From: Antedon mediterranea
Taxonomy: Eukaryota; Animalia; Echinodermata
Reading direction: 5' to 3'
Length of the DNA stretch: 64,000 nucleotides
NCBI RefSeq assembly: GCF_964355755.1
Contig: NC_092680.1
Location: 21,027,045 to 21,091,044 of the forward strand
The notes below the pieces were generated by a model, which was not told the DNA's origin, made no database searches, and saw only the letters and a list, made by a program, of their open reading frames with translations. Positions 24,819-38,351 of this stretch are shown here, piece after piece. Positions within the stretch are counted from its first letter, which is position 1. Each line of letters opens with the position of its first letter. A program made the position numbers and the translations under genes.

Positions 24819-27800
24819 CTATAAATCTCTTCTTACTCTCTTTTTCTTAGGCTTGGACGCATCTTTCCAGGAATCTGAAACAAAAGTTATTCAATACAAT
24901 TCAAATCAAACTAAAGTAGAACCCCTCCTTTGAGACACCCCTATACAGAGGGCATTCTCCTGCAAAACAAGTGCAAAAAGTTTTAGCCCTACAGCTAAAC
25001 CCTGTTAGAGGACAACCCTATTAGCGGACGAGGACACTTGATTCAACACATATGAGGAACATTTGATGGTTCCCGAAGGTGTCCCCATAATAGGGCTTCT
25101 ACTGTATTAGAAAATTAATCATTTTTAAGAGAAGGAAAGTTAACATTACAAAAAAAAATGGAGCTTAATAGTTGTAGATGCTCGACAGCCTTGCTTCCTT
25201 TTTTCATTATTTATAAATATCTCCTAGGATTGCCGGGTAAAATATTTCTGAAATTGGTAGTTGTGAACACAAAACAAGCAATAGAGTGAACAAAATATTG
25301 TGGCTATTTTAAAAGCTTACCTTTTTTTCCTTCAGTTTCTTGTGGTTGAGTTGGTAGTATGTCACTTGTCTCAGCCTTGGGATCTTCAGTTACCACTGGC
25401 TCTTGAGAACTGACAGCAGAAATACCACCAGACAAATCTGCAGGAAAGAAATGTACACATATTAAAACAAATAAAACCAGTGCAGTTTAAAGGGATATCT
25501 AGTTGATAGGTAGATTAGATAATCTGGAATTACAAGATTTAAAAGATTTAAAAGCGGATGATACTTGACACTTGAATGTTGTAAAGTCAGTCATTTTACT
25601 TTACTGACCATGGCAGCAAGTGGGTGTCAAAATGTATGGTAGGGATCAGTTTTCTCACAAAGCAAATTTTGCCAAAATTTGCTGGACTAAAGTTACTCCA
25701 ACTGATATTAAAAATGGTGTAAGAAAATTATACATAAAATAAACAATTATAGTAGTGATAGGTTGGGCCTGCCATTAAATAACACAGACCAAGAGCATTT
25801 GAAAGGTATATGTTGTCAGTTGGATAGACAAAATAAAATATTATTTTGATTGCATTTAATAGATTAGTAATACATCTATATAGTATCAATAATTTGGTCA
25901 GAATTCTATATTGGGAGAACACTGGGGATGTAAAATTTTACCAGAAATCTATAGTGTTTTCTAAGCTGGTTAGTAGAAACCTTACCCTCTGCACACAAAA
26001 AAACAAGTTTACTAGAGTAGAGTTATGAGTTCCCACAATCATTGTGTTGATTATCACGGAACTGTGGTGGCAGTATTCACAGCTGGTTTGGGGTTTAGTT
26101 TGGATTTATTTCTTATATTAATTTATCTATCTATTATTTTTTTTTAATCATGCCCGAATTTAGATGTACTATCTAAACCTCTGCCTAGTAGCTAATTACA
26201 ATGAACAAATAACACGATAATAACTGTGTTTTGTTCTTTTACCCTCAATTACTTACCACTTGGCAGTGTAGTTTCTGTTGAAATTTCAGCTGGAATTTCT
26301 TCGTGTGATTTGGATTTAGTCTTAGATTTTTTATTTTTCTTCTTTGTTGGGCTTTGTGTGGTACTTTCTGTTTTAGGAGGAGTTTCTACCGATGGCGCTG
26401 GTTGTTTTTCTTGAACATTGTGCTCAATTTCCGATTTCATAGTATTAACTTCTTCTGTTGTTTGTGGTTTCTCTGTCAGGTCTTCACTGTTCTGAGCTTT
26501 CTTCTTTTTCTTTGACTAACAGAAAACAAATTAACTATCATTAATTTAAATTTTTCTAGATATTTTACAACCACCAAAAGTCATGTTTATTTAAATTTCA
26601 GTAAAATGACGTCGAATGAGTAAAACCATTTTCATCTATGAATTTAAATGAAAATCCATTTTGTCTTACCTTCTTTTTACTTTTCTTATCCTCTGCTGTT
26701 ATGTCTGCCTTTATCTCAACTGACTCAGACAAAGACTTAGACTCTACCGCTCCAGCAACTGACTCCAACTGAGACTTAGACTCTACTGCTTCATCAACTG
26801 ACTCCAACTGAGACTTAGACTCTACCGCTTCATCAACTGACTCCAACTGAGACTTAGACTCTACCGCTTCAACTGACTCCAACTGAGACTTAGACTCTAC
26901 CGATCCATCAACTTGGCTTTCTGATATGTTTTGTACAGCATCACTCGGCTCAACTTTAGTCAGAATTTCCTCCTAATAATAATAATACAATGTTTCTAGG
27001 CGCTATACACAAAAACGATCCATAAAATATCCCAAGATAACCAAAAAAAAGAGGAACTAAATACTGTATGGTCGCAAAACAGTAACAATAGAAATACTGG
27101 CAAAATTCCAATCTATGAAACCATTTTTTCTGGTATATAGTTACAATATCAAGTTACAGAAAAGAATGTCTGGTACAGCAGAACTCTATTAAGGAAACAT
27201 CTTAGGTCCAAAAAAGTGTCCCTAAATAGGGGGCAAGTTGTAGAGTAATAAACCAAAGTCCCATCGTTCATGACGTGTAGATGTGTCCTCTAAATAGGGG
27301 TGTACAAAAGGAGGGCTTGGAGCAGAATTGACATTGTGAGACAGGTTTAACTTCTAATTTTAATCCCTAAAATCCTTATATAAATTGTTGATTATTGTTA
27401 ATTGTTATAATATTGTTTGTAATGAAAAAAATAACCATTTTAAAATAAATGTTTATTGAACTGAAAACTGAATAATAATATACCCTCATGATACATGTGT
27501 TGACTACATCAAAATCTATATAATTATACTAAATATAACAATTGTTTTTGTGATGTCATTACTATTTTAATTGTGACTATGACATGAGTATGGTCAGATT
27601 TAAGTACCGTACCTTTTTCAAACTATCAACTTCATGATCACCAGCACCAGTATTTTTCTTTTTCTTTTTTTTAGGGCTTTTTGCTTTTTTCTCTGTCTGT
27701 AGTTCCTCCTCTTTCTTGGAATAATCAATTGGCTGTTCAGCTTCTTTCTCTGGTATAGCATCAATGCTTTCAGTACGACTCTCTACCAATTCTTCTTTCT

Positions 27801-30800
27801 TAGCATCGCTCTTACTCTTCTTTCCAGCTTTCTTAGGACTCTTCTTAATTTCTACAGCTGCAACCTTTTCTTCTACGTTTTCAACACTCTCACTGACCTC
27901 ATGTTGGGGGGCTTTGAGATTTTTAAATTCCTCTTTAACGCTAATTTGTTCCTCCTCTATTTTTTTCTTTTTTCCTCTCTTTTTCTTTGACGATTTGTCA
28001 GCAATGGAAACCGGCTCTTCATCTACTGCTGTAGTTGTAATTGTTTCTGTAACAACTGGTTCAACAGCTTGCTGAGCATTATTCTAGTTGAAAATGACAA
28101 ATATGAAGAAATATGAAAACCCACTCATTCAATTTAAGCTAAACCAGACGTATTTTCAACGTACAGTAAATTTTTATAAAACACAAAACAGACTTTCCAA
28201 AAACTGTTGAATAAAGTTCAAAATTGCCTTGAAGAGTTTATGGATACAAAATATTTTATTTTCACCCAAGTAGATTTGATTGGAGGAGTGTCGGTCACAT
28301 GATATTCAATGAATATTCAATTATAGCCCATGCAACATCATCATCATGTGAGTGCAACTTTTATCATGTGCATTCATCCTTGTTATATGCAATCTACTTT
28401 CGACATAAAAAACAAATAAAAAATGCTATTTCAATTGTGCAAATGGAACAACAATTTTTATTCGATGAAAGAAATGTTCTATTTTTTACGTCATGAAAAT
28501 ATTTGGTAACTCTTAAACATTCATAATTGGTATAATGTATTACATATTAAATTATTTTTAGAGGTTCATGAACAAATATTTACTTCTGTGCTCTGTGCTG
28601 CTTGTTTGTTCTTCTTGTCTTTACGTGAAGACACTGTACTCCACTCTTCATTATCTGAAAATAACAAAATTATCGGAAACACACTGAATAATCACTAATG
28701 AACATTTTTTTTGTCAATAAAATTCAAAGTAAATCAGGAATATACAGTAGGCTCTTCAAAATGTATTGGTAGGTGATTTTCTTTTTTGTTGTTGTTAGGG
28801 TGAGCACCCAGTGAATACAGAGTATCAATCGCAAAAGAAAAAAAAAAAAATGTGCGTGTTTTTAATGGCGTGCAACACGAATCTACAGCTAACTATGTCA
28901 GTCAGTTGGTCGGTAAACACTAACTCAAATTTGAGCAACTGCAGCCATGTAAATGGCCTTGTTAGGTTAATTGTAGAAAATGCTACGAAAGCTAGATAAT
29001 ATGACATCATGTAGGCAGTAACATTAATCTAAATATGAATATTAGAAAATATGTGTATAATTAATAATTTGATAAAATATAGAATTTATTTATACTGTAT
29101 ATTACAGAACTTTTTGCTTTAAAGCATAACATATAAAATTACAATTTAAAATGTTTTATTGCTGTACATCCTCCAAAAGATACATTATTACAAGGTCTAG
29201 TAATTGAGTCTTGCTCGTTTTACAACAACATTCTTACCATTTTCCACCTCCTCATCTCTAATGAAGTTCTCCTTCTTGGATTCTGGTGCAACCTTTGTGG
29301 ATGTAGGAGACTTCTTTGCTTTTGTGGCTTTTTTGGGTTTTACTTGCTTTATTTCGTTTACTTCCTGTGATACTTCACTCAGCACAGGTTTGCTTGTTTC
29401 AGATTTCTAAACAAAATCAATTTCAGGAGTCTTAAATTTTTTTTATAACTAGACAAGAGGACCAGTAAAAAACATTGTTACTGGTCCTCCACTGCATTTA
29501 CTGGCCACAGAATATGGGCCTTATATAGTCCATGGGCCAGACATTTTTCAAACATGAATATGCTGTTCATTATAAAGACATTTTTTCGTCATTAATAATT
29601 TATGACAATTATGGGGTAGGGGGAAACATTTTTGCAAATAACTTAAAATTTAGTGAACAGATTTACATTTTCTTGTTATCAGTATGTAATGTATGTAATG
29701 GATTTCTTTAATTGTGATATGCTTTTAAAAAATGAATCCAACTCCAAATTGATGTATTTTAGAGGTCAAATGTCACTAACCTTTAATCAAAAATGCAATT
29801 TCTTCTATTAATTAGCTTATAAATAAAACACAAAAATACAAGATATCTTATGCAAACTAATGTTTTCTTAAACCTATAGACACAATAAATAAGAAAATTG
29901 AATTTAACAAACAAATATTCTGTGAATTTATGAGGACATTCTGTCTGTTAATTATAGTAATGTATTATACATTTTTCCTAATAAATTTGTATTTAGTGAT
30001 CACATTTGCATATTTTTGGTAATAATATGTACTGTACTGTGTAGGTTGCCTAATTGTTATATTCAATTCTGAAAAAATAAAACGTAACATATTGACATCT
30101 TTGTAGGTCAAATGGTCATTGAACATTTAAAGAAATGCAATTTCGTCCAAATGTAACATTAATAAAGTTTCAATATTTAACGCAAAAATACACCAAATCT
30201 AACTTTTTTTTAAACCTATAAAAACAATGAAAAGAAATTGAAGTTAAAGATTAAAAACAAATAAACATGTGTGATAATATTAAGAATTGTGACCGTAATA
30301 GTAATTTGTAATTATTAAAAATTATGGGGTAAGGGGTAACATTTTTGCTATAACTTTGAATTTTAAAGTGAACAGATTTTACATTTCTTGGAACCAATTA
30401 TATACACTGTTTAATTGCTTATTATCAATTATAGAAAAAATTCAAGTTAAAGATTAAAAACAAATAAACATGTGTGATAATATTAAGAATTGTGACCGTA
30501 ATAGTAATTTGTAATTATTAAAAATTATGGGGTAAGGGGTAACATTTTTGCTATAACTTTGAATTTTAAAGTGAACAGATTTTACATTTCTTGGAACCAA
30601 TTATATACACTGTTTAATTGCTTATTATCAATTATAGAAAAAATTCACCGTTTAGTATTATTAGAAAAATATATTACACTTAAGCAGTCTATACACCACA
30701 TATTGATACCAAGAAAATGCAAATCTGTTTATTAAATCCTGAGTTATTAGCGAAAGTGTTACCCCCTACCCCAAAATTTTGTGTTGCATATTTTCCGTAG

Positions 30801-33219
30801 GCGGTGTTATATACTGTAATCCTCAAAAATGACTATTATTAAGCTGTACAATTGGCATTGCCATCATGGATTTCTGAAAAGTAGACATATTAAGCTTTCC
30901 AAAATGTATGATAGCATTTGCCACCAATTTGATACTGCTTTCGCAAAATACTGGACACGGCCCATGGACTAATAAGGAAGGCCTTCAATTAAATTCAAAA
31001 AGTCAAATATCAACCTTATTTACACTTGGTAGTCCAATATATGAAATATCGTAAAAAGATGAATTGAGCCTATTATTGAGATTTTATTGGCTAAGAGGAC
31101 ATGTTATTTGACCTGGATCTACCTGAATTTTGAGACTTAATAGCATTAATGCTTCTGTGCTCACCTTGACCAGAACCTATTCTTCTTTGATTCATATGGT
31201 CTGTATTTTAATTTGTGGTTAGACCAGTGTTTTTTTTATTTTAGTTTACAAATCACAGTGAATTTTTAATTTTCAAATAAAGATAAAAATGTTAATTCAC
31301 ACATTATTTTGGTCTTGAACTACAGTAGTTTGAATCTTTGTTGTAAAGTTCAGTTTACATGCCAGTGTTTTTCTTCATTATAGTTCCTGGTGTATTATTT
31401 ATATATTATTCAGCACCATGGTTACATTGCGGCTAACAGGATACAATACTTTATCATTACAGTACGTTCAATTTGGAGTATATATGGGATAATTTGATTG
31501 ATTGATATTGAAATCCGCCAGAATGGCATAGTTTATATTGTTTTTTCAAAGTTATCTAAATGCACTTGTATTTTCTATGTGGTGTTCTAGGAAATAAACA
31601 CAATTTCACTTTTAAATTAAACATGCAATAAAAATTATAAAATATTATCAATCTTATTCTTAATGTAATAATTCTTTGAAAGATAGCCTAGGCCTAATTA
31701 TTATAATTTAAATGTTTATTTTATACCTAGACCTCTAGTCGATTTGATATCAAACTTGTATTATTATCGCCGTGGCTAAAGATACGGTACCGTATCCTAA
31801 CTTCCGTTTACTAAAGGAACGGTAAAATTGAATCACGTCATAATCAGCAAATGGGGTGCTGGTACGTGTGTGACATCATAGTATAAGGACTTTGGATTTT
31901 TTTCACATCGCGTCTCCAGGCTGCATGGATGTGTGCACTGATGATTCTGTGACTCGGCCTCGGGGCTAGACCTACAGTAGCAATGTAATAACGGCCGGTT
32001 GACAACGTCGATGCTATAGTAATAGCAAGATCATGTGGTTGGTGGAGGTTACATAAACATGCACTCAATCTCAAATATTATTTCATTATACACTACAGCA
32101 GAAATATGTTGATAGCCAAATTAGAAGTAAAGGAATTATAATTAAATGTTGGAAATTGTGTTGCGTCGAGTTCATTCGTCCATAGTTACTATATGAGGGT
32201 TTTATTTTTATTCCAATGGCCTATTTAGGCCTATATTGTTTAATAAACTTTGTTTACAGTGGTGATCACAAACAAAAAGCAAATGCGGATAATAAAGGGG
32301 CCCTCAAATACTATGATTTAGACAATAGGCCTATCCCCAGGTCTGAGTCACAGAACTCAGCGCATACATGCAGCTGGCCCCAACCTGGCAAACAAACTCA
32401 TATACCGAGGCTATAGATTATAGTACATAGTACTAGTAGGTCTCTTTTAAAATGGTCAATTTCTGTATTCTAGAATTAAAATCAACATGTACATGTTTTA
32501 GCCTATCAACAATAACAGACGTAGGCCTAGGCTACATTTAGTTTTGTCACACGACACGGATAATAGCGATAAATGAAGCATAAAGAAAAAATGTTAAGCT
32601 GCCGGTTGATCACTGTTTTTGTGATATGAAAAAAAATCCTAAGTCCTTATACGATGACGTCACACACGTACTACTAACCTAGCACCCCATTCATTGGCTG
32701 ATTTTGACGTAATGCAATTTTACCATACCTTTAGCAAACGGAAGTTAGGATACGGTACCGTATCTTTAGCCACGGCGTATTTATTATTGTAAATCATAAA
32801 GTAAAAATAAACTTTTTTTTCTGTTTGGAAGTATAGGCCTAGGCCCCACAGGGGGCCTAGCCTATAAATTATAAATTATTCATTTTTATAGATAGGCCTA
32901 GGCCTAGAAGAGCCTAGAGGGGCCTAGTTTTAAAGTAGAAAGCTTTCTGAACATATGTTTAATATTACACTTCTATATGGAAAATTAAATATAAACATAT
33001 GGTAAAATTCGCTAAGCCTAGGTTGTACCATACCTTCTTCCGCTTCTTCTTCTTTCCACCGCCTTGATGATCGCCTTTCTTTTCATCAAAGTCAAAGCTA
33101 GGAGGCTGGCTAGACGACTTGAAACCAAACGCAAAAACAAGACCTAAAAGTAGCATAACACTTACAATAGGAATTGAAAAATGGAGTGGAATTACATCAT
33201 TAAACCCTTTCACTTCCAT
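24819..33219 (-). CDS. Lys-rich single-pass membrane protein, metadherin/LYRIC-like (~543 aa). Exons 33219-33034, 29406-29238, 28654-28584, 28083-27613, 26972-26670, 26515-26257, 25437-25321, 24874-24819
   Basis: Eight phase-compatible GT-AG exons. N-terminal TM (IPIVSVMLLLGLVFAFGF) followed by KKKKRKK, an EWSTVSSRK motif, and a C-terminus DSWKDASKPKKKRVRRDL resembling the vertebrate metadherin end. The gene model is solid but the orthology is an inference. Confidence 0.65.
29524..30972. mobile_element. Non-autonomous TIR element (~1.45 kb) containing an internal ~204-bp tandem duplication (30241-30646)
   Basis: tagtccatgggcc ... ggcccatggacta form an inverted pair. The duplicated block starts aagttaaagattaaaaacaaataaacatg. 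Confidence 0.55.
31768..32777. mobile_element. Non-autonomous DNA transposon with long (~130-bp) TIRs in intron 1 of the metadherin-like gene
   Basis: cgccgtggctaaagatacggtaccgtatcctaacttccgttt at the left end with its exact reverse complement at the right end. No internal transposase ORF. Confidence 0.8.
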
Positions 33220-33692
33220 GCCGACTGTATGTATTTCAATAACCCCACAACAGCAAAAATCGGACTCCCCAAAAGTCTAGGCCTAAAAATAACAGCTGTG
33301 ACTCGGTCATGTGTTCGACGAGCGCGGCGCGACGGATCGGAGTACGACGAGACGACGTGTTCAATGTCAAAGGTCAGGTAAAAATAAGTTATGGTGCGCT
33401 GAGCGCGTCACATTAACGATCCTCTCTACAATATTGATGTCGCGGTTGCTTTAAATTGGTTATAAAAAAACTATGATACAAAGGTGGGGAGCTATTGTTT
33501 AAAATAAATAAATAGTATTGTTTTATTTTAAGGTAAACGACAAAGTTGATGGTGTGTGTGACGGTGGTGAATTTTTGCTAAGTGGGCCTTTCATATTGAT
33601 GACGTAATTAGAAACGTCAAAACAGTTGTACACGTAGAGAGTGCACTACACACTATTTTTATCTCCCAACCAATTCATTGTTTTTGGCAGAA

Positions 33693-33703
33693 GGGAAATT
33701 CCC
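33693..33703. promoter_or_regulatory. NF-kB-type site GGGAAATTCCC upstream of the single-BIR gene
   Basis: Matches the GGGRNNYYCC consensus, 160 bp upstream of the ATG. Function not shown. Confidence 0.55.
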
Positions 33704-33862
33704 GAACGAGGAGATTTAAGGCTGAACCAGGAGGAGGCTCACATCAGACTAGGCGTCCCTCTCTATAGTGAGCATGGAGGAGGACCTACCTATCCATCAT
33801 TACGTTTTAATTTCAGGATTTAGGACCATGAACAGTATTTAATCAATCTTCGACATCGTATA

Positions 33863-34450
33863 ATGGCATATCATTACAATGACAATAGCAGTAGGCCTAG
33901 GCCTAGGCCTAAGAAGCAGACTACTACAGACGATTTGGATGTGGATGAAGACGGTTGCCACCCCGGCCTTATTACTAGCTCTAGTGGCAATATTATTGTA
34001 GATGGTATACCTGTGCATATTGGATCTGGGAATGAAAGAAGAGAATCGAATAATATTTACATAAGTGGTCATCCAAGTAGTGAAATTATTATAAACGGAC
34101 AGCGTATTGTCGTTGCTGGAGGTGGTGGTTTTCCCAGAGCTGATCCACAAATAATTATTGAAGATCGGATACCCGAAAGTGAAAGCATTACGTCATCAGT
34201 GGAATGTGATAATGACGTAACATCGGTTGATGGACGGTTAGAAACGTTTGAAGATTTCCCTTCTGGTTGCCCCATGTCACCTGCTCAACTCGCCCGCGCA
34301 GGTTTCTTTTACACTGGGATAGCAGACATGGTACAATGCTTTATTTGTAATGGAAAAGTGAGAGACTGGGAAATTGGAGATTCAGCGTTTGGTGAACATT
34401 TGAAGTTTTTTCCAAATTGTGAATTTGTGCACAGACAGATGGATGCATAG
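33863..34450 (+). CDS. Single-BIR-domain protein (IAP family, 195 aa, no RING)
   Basis: RLETFEDFP...LARAGFFYTG..D.VQCFIC-x16-H-x6-C is a canonical BIR with the conserved W. Head-to-head with the metadherin-like gene. Confidence 0.85.
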   Translation: MAYHYNDNSSRPRPRPKKQTTTDDLDVDEDGCHPGLITSSSGNIIVDGIPVHIGSGNERRESNNIYISGHPSSEIIINGQRIVVAGGGGFPRADPQIIIEDRIPESESITSSVECDNDVTSVDGRLETFEDFPSGCPMSPAQLARAGFFYTGIADMVQCFICNGKVRDWEIGDSAFGEHLKFFPNCEFVHRQMDA

Positions 34451-36692
34451 GCTCGGCAACCAACAACAATATATCAATGACACTCTCTTAATAGAAAAAT
34501 AATCGACAAGAATTGAAGTAACACCCGCATAAGTTATAGTTATACTATGCTCACAAACTTTAACAGATTGCTCAATAATTTAAATCTTTGGCACCAGATT
34601 GTATTTATTTATTGTTAATGATCTCATTAATTATACTGTACGTTAGTGTATTCTATCTGTTGCTTGTGTACACTCTGTAAAGTAAAACAATGTATATTAA
34701 TTATAAATAAATGCTTGCTTATTGTAGATGCAAATACAGATAAGTGTGGATCGAGAGGGGGATGATGAGTTCTTTTAAAAGGGGAGATAATTAAGTAATA
34801 TAAACACTAAACTATAGTATTGATGTGTGCTATTAAAAAAGATGGAATTAACTGACTAAATAGAAGTGATTCAGTTGTGCTGACTAGACTATCTACGGGA
34901 CGAGAGATCGGAGGGAAATTTAACACGAATGTCAATCCTTTTTGTTTGGTCCAGAATGTTTCTCCCCACTAGGCCCTTTTTACTAGAAATATACATGAAG
35001 TATACTTGAGAAGACTTCTATATTTTATGTAATTTTATTTCAAGAAATTTTCTTTTTAAAACCAAGTAGGCCTATTTACTAATCTTACTGACGTTTATTA
35101 CTAATTTAATATAGTGGCCTAGGAAACATACTTATTTCAATACAATACAATTATTGAAAATGCAATTAACAAGATAAATAAGGTATAATTGCAACATTCG
35201 ATTCCGGAAGAAACCAAATAAATTAATACTGTACTAATCAAACGGTATGCCTACAGTATGTAAATATGGTATATCGATCAAATAAGTTATAAATAAATAT
35301 ATATTATAGGTCTTAGTTGGTTGCCGGGGTGCCATGATCACGGTGACAAAACACTGCTTTATACTTTAGTTAATTTTCGGAGACAGGGTATTATAAAACA
35401 TTTTCAATAAGCATGTTATTAATGATACGAATCGATTCTTATATTTTTGTAAAAGAAATTTATTTAAGAAGATATTTATGATTTTAATATGTCTATTTTA
35501 TTATTGATTATATTCTAATAAAAATAATATGCTGGTTTACTTGGTCGAGTTACCGACGCTTGACGTGTATCTTGTACTCTGAATACACTAGTGTATAGAA
35601 ACAAGTAAGATCATTTGCCTTTCGAAGAAATGTCGATGACAGCAATTTCTGATTAAAAAGATACATATATCTGCATAGGTTACATAAACTAAAAAAGTAT
35701 CAGTAAACATAAAAAAAGATTGAATTGTTCTATTTATTGTATAGTTAGAAAAAATGGTAAAAGGATTCCTACTTTCTAGGATTTTTATCACATAATCTAT
35801 ATTGTTTTGACAACTCTTGTAACATGACCACAGTGCTGATTTTGTCATTTTCCTCTATCAAAATTAATGTAAAATGCATTGGCAGCCAAAAGCTGACAAT
35901 TACAAATATCAAACGTCTAAATGACATCAAAAAGGTAAAATAGACTAAAATATAAAAACATTGATCATAAACAATTTGGTTATTGCGTAACTGAACTGAA
36001 ACAGTAAACATAGATCGATTGTTTTTTTGTTGTTTTTTTTCTTTGTGAACAGAACACTAGACGGGCATTATGCTTTTCAAAAGATTCAACTGATTGTTAT
36101 TGATTGGACGATCCACGTGATTATACTATTATTATTATTTACTCAATTATTCTATTTTTAGAATAAACGTAAAATCCAATACTAGCAACATCCGTTGTAT
36201 GTACTGACTCTACTTGAATACAACGTCACGTTTTCATCGGTCGTCTACATTTAAAAGGTAAGAAAGCTGTCATGGACAATGAAATTACTTAGAAATATAT
36301 ATATCATGACTATTATAGGCGTTGTTTAGGTCACTTAGGCCATGATCATCTGTATTTTGGAGTATCCCGTCCTACCATACATGCCCACGATTTTAGCGTA
36401 GGCCTACTAAACTCCCGTTGACGTGGCTAAGTTCTTCTTATGTTGCACGTTTTAAATTCGCCGATATTTATAGATATTGGTCACGGGTTTGACTGATGTT
36501 TCTGAATATTAACAATCTGAAACCGTCAGTAAGTGTATGACTAATTCTTCTTAAACTAATTTAGGCGCGCCTACTAAAAAGTTGAAACTAATTTATATTC
36601 TATAAAGCAGACCATAATAACATAATGAAGAAGAAAAATATGTCATAATTGTCTTATAAATATTTCAACATTTTTATATATAAAGGTCAACC

Positions 36693-38351
36693 ATGCATAC
36701 AGCACTTCCCGAGGATGATCTGGAGACAGACTCATTTGTGGACAATTATATAGGCGACATAGACGGTGAATTCACACTTAGGCCTATCCAATCATACCAT
36801 CACTATGATAGAAACAACTCATTGCTGCATCTCTTAAAACAACATAAATATAGGCCTACAGGTATCAACGCTAATTTAAATACTACACCAAAGAAAGAGT
36901 TCAACAAAAGATGGGGTGCCAGTACTGCAGAAGATGAAAGCTTCACAGAGCAAGAATTGGATATGACAGCATTGTCAAATCGGCTTTCTACATATAAGTC
37001 CTTGGATAGAGGTTGTACTCTTGATGTTTCCATTTCACAGCTGGCAAAAGAAGGGATATTTTATAAAGACAACTTGTTTTCATGTTCGTCTTGTAAATAT
37101 ACTATTTACGCAAACAGATATCCTAATGTTTCAGAGTTACATAAAATGGAATCTCCAAATTGTTACTACGTCAAAAAATATCCAAGAAATCCATCAATAT
37201 CATACCAGTCTGAAGTAGTCGCTCCTGTTGGTTCAAGCACCCCACGTGACCAAGAATTGGCAACTTCTAGAAGCGTATTTCAATCATCCGTTTTAAATCT
37301 GGATTTGGAAAGAAATATATGTTCGCCTCAATCTGCAAAAGTGATGGAAAAAAGTTTCGATTTGATGTCTAAAGTTACAGTTGGTCAACAAATGCCTGTC
37401 AGTGCGAGGTATATGTCTTATAAAACTGTTGAAGACGATCTCTCTCTATTGGAAAACAGATTGAGAACCTTTCGTAACTGGCCATATCAAAAACCTGATA
37501 AACAGTCAGTTGCGAGAGCAGGATTCGTCTATAAAGGTGTTGGTGGAAACGTAAAATGTTTTTATTGTGATTTGGTTCTTTTACTGAATCCAAATGACGA
37601 CCCTTTCATTGAACACGCTAGACTGCTGTCATCATGTAGATGGTTTGAAGAAATGAAAGGAGATCGTTTCATCATTGAGTGCAAAACAAGATGTTATATT
37701 AATCAAGGTGAGACAGAATGTGGAATCCGAGATTATAGGACAAATGGAAACTCACAACATCTACCGGAAACAACATTTGAAGAAACACCTAGAGATGAAA
37801 AGGAACAAAAAACCGTATCTAAAATCTCGGGAAGTTTGAGTCCATCTGCATATTCGAAAAAACTGAAATTGGATGCTAATGCAAAGTCTAAAATTAAACT
37901 TGCACAAGAATTTGGTTTTAATGGTGATACCATAATGGCGGTAGTAACAAAACACTTAAAAGATAACAATGGTGTTTTTTCTTTGTCAAACGAAGATATG
38001 ATTGAAAAAGTTATGGATGAAGATGCTGCTAATCAAGAAATTAAGCCGAGTGCCCATACTGAGATACCAGACCTAACAACCCTTACGTTAAATGATACAA
38101 CAACTGAAAGTCTTACATCTGATACACTGAAGACGTCCAATGAGGCATCGCAATCTAAAGATGATGTTGCCAAGGAACTAGAGGATCTTAAGGACCAGCA
38201 CGCGTGTAAAATATGCTTGGACCAATCTGCTAACATACTATTCAGGCCCTGTAATCACCTGGTTACCTGCAATGAATGTTCAAAGAACATCAACATGTGT
38301 CCAGTTTGCCGAGCAGCAATTGAAGACCGGATTAAAATTTATCAAAGTTAA
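36693..38351 (+). CDS. Inhibitor of apoptosis protein, BIR-BIR-UBA-like-RING (552 aa, uninterrupted CDS)
   Basis: BIR1 CSSC-x15-H-x6-C; BIR2 RLRTFRNWP...AGFVY...CFYC-x15-H-x6-C; UBA-like LAQEFGF; terminal RING CKICLD...PCNH..CNEC...CPVCR. Confidence 0.93.
   Translation: MHTALPEDDLETDSFVDNYIGDIDGEFTLRPIQSYHHYDRNNSLLHLLKQHKYRPTGINANLNTTPKKEFNKRWGASTAEDESFTEQELDMTALSNRLSTYKSLDRGCTLDVSISQLAKEGIFYKDNLFSCSSCKYTIYANRYPNVSELHKMESPNCYYVKKYPRNPSISYQSEVVAPVGSSTPRDQELATSRSVFQSSVLNLDLERNICSPQSAKVMEKSFDLMSKVTVGQQMPVSARYMSYKTVEDDLSLLENRLRTFRNWPYQKPDKQSVARAGFVYKGVGGNVKCFYCDLVLLLNPNDDPFIEHARLLSSCRWFEEMKGDRFIIECKTRCYINQGETECGIRDYRTNGNSQHLPETTFEETPRDEKEQKTVSKISGSLSPSAYSKKLKLDANAKSKIKLAQEFGFNGDTIMAVVTKHLKDNNGVFSLSNEDMIEKVMDEDAANQEIKPSAHTEIPDLTTLTLNDTTTESLTSDTLKTSNEASQSKDDVAKELEDLKDQHACKICLDQSANILFRPCNHLVTCNECSKNINMCPVCRAAIEDRIKIYQS

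Noticed and set aside
33863-38351. Single three-BIR IAP spliced from both ORFs
   Set aside because: The first ORF ends in TAG with no evident donor after the BIR, and the second has its own ATG and upstream promoter-like motifs. RNA data could overturn this.
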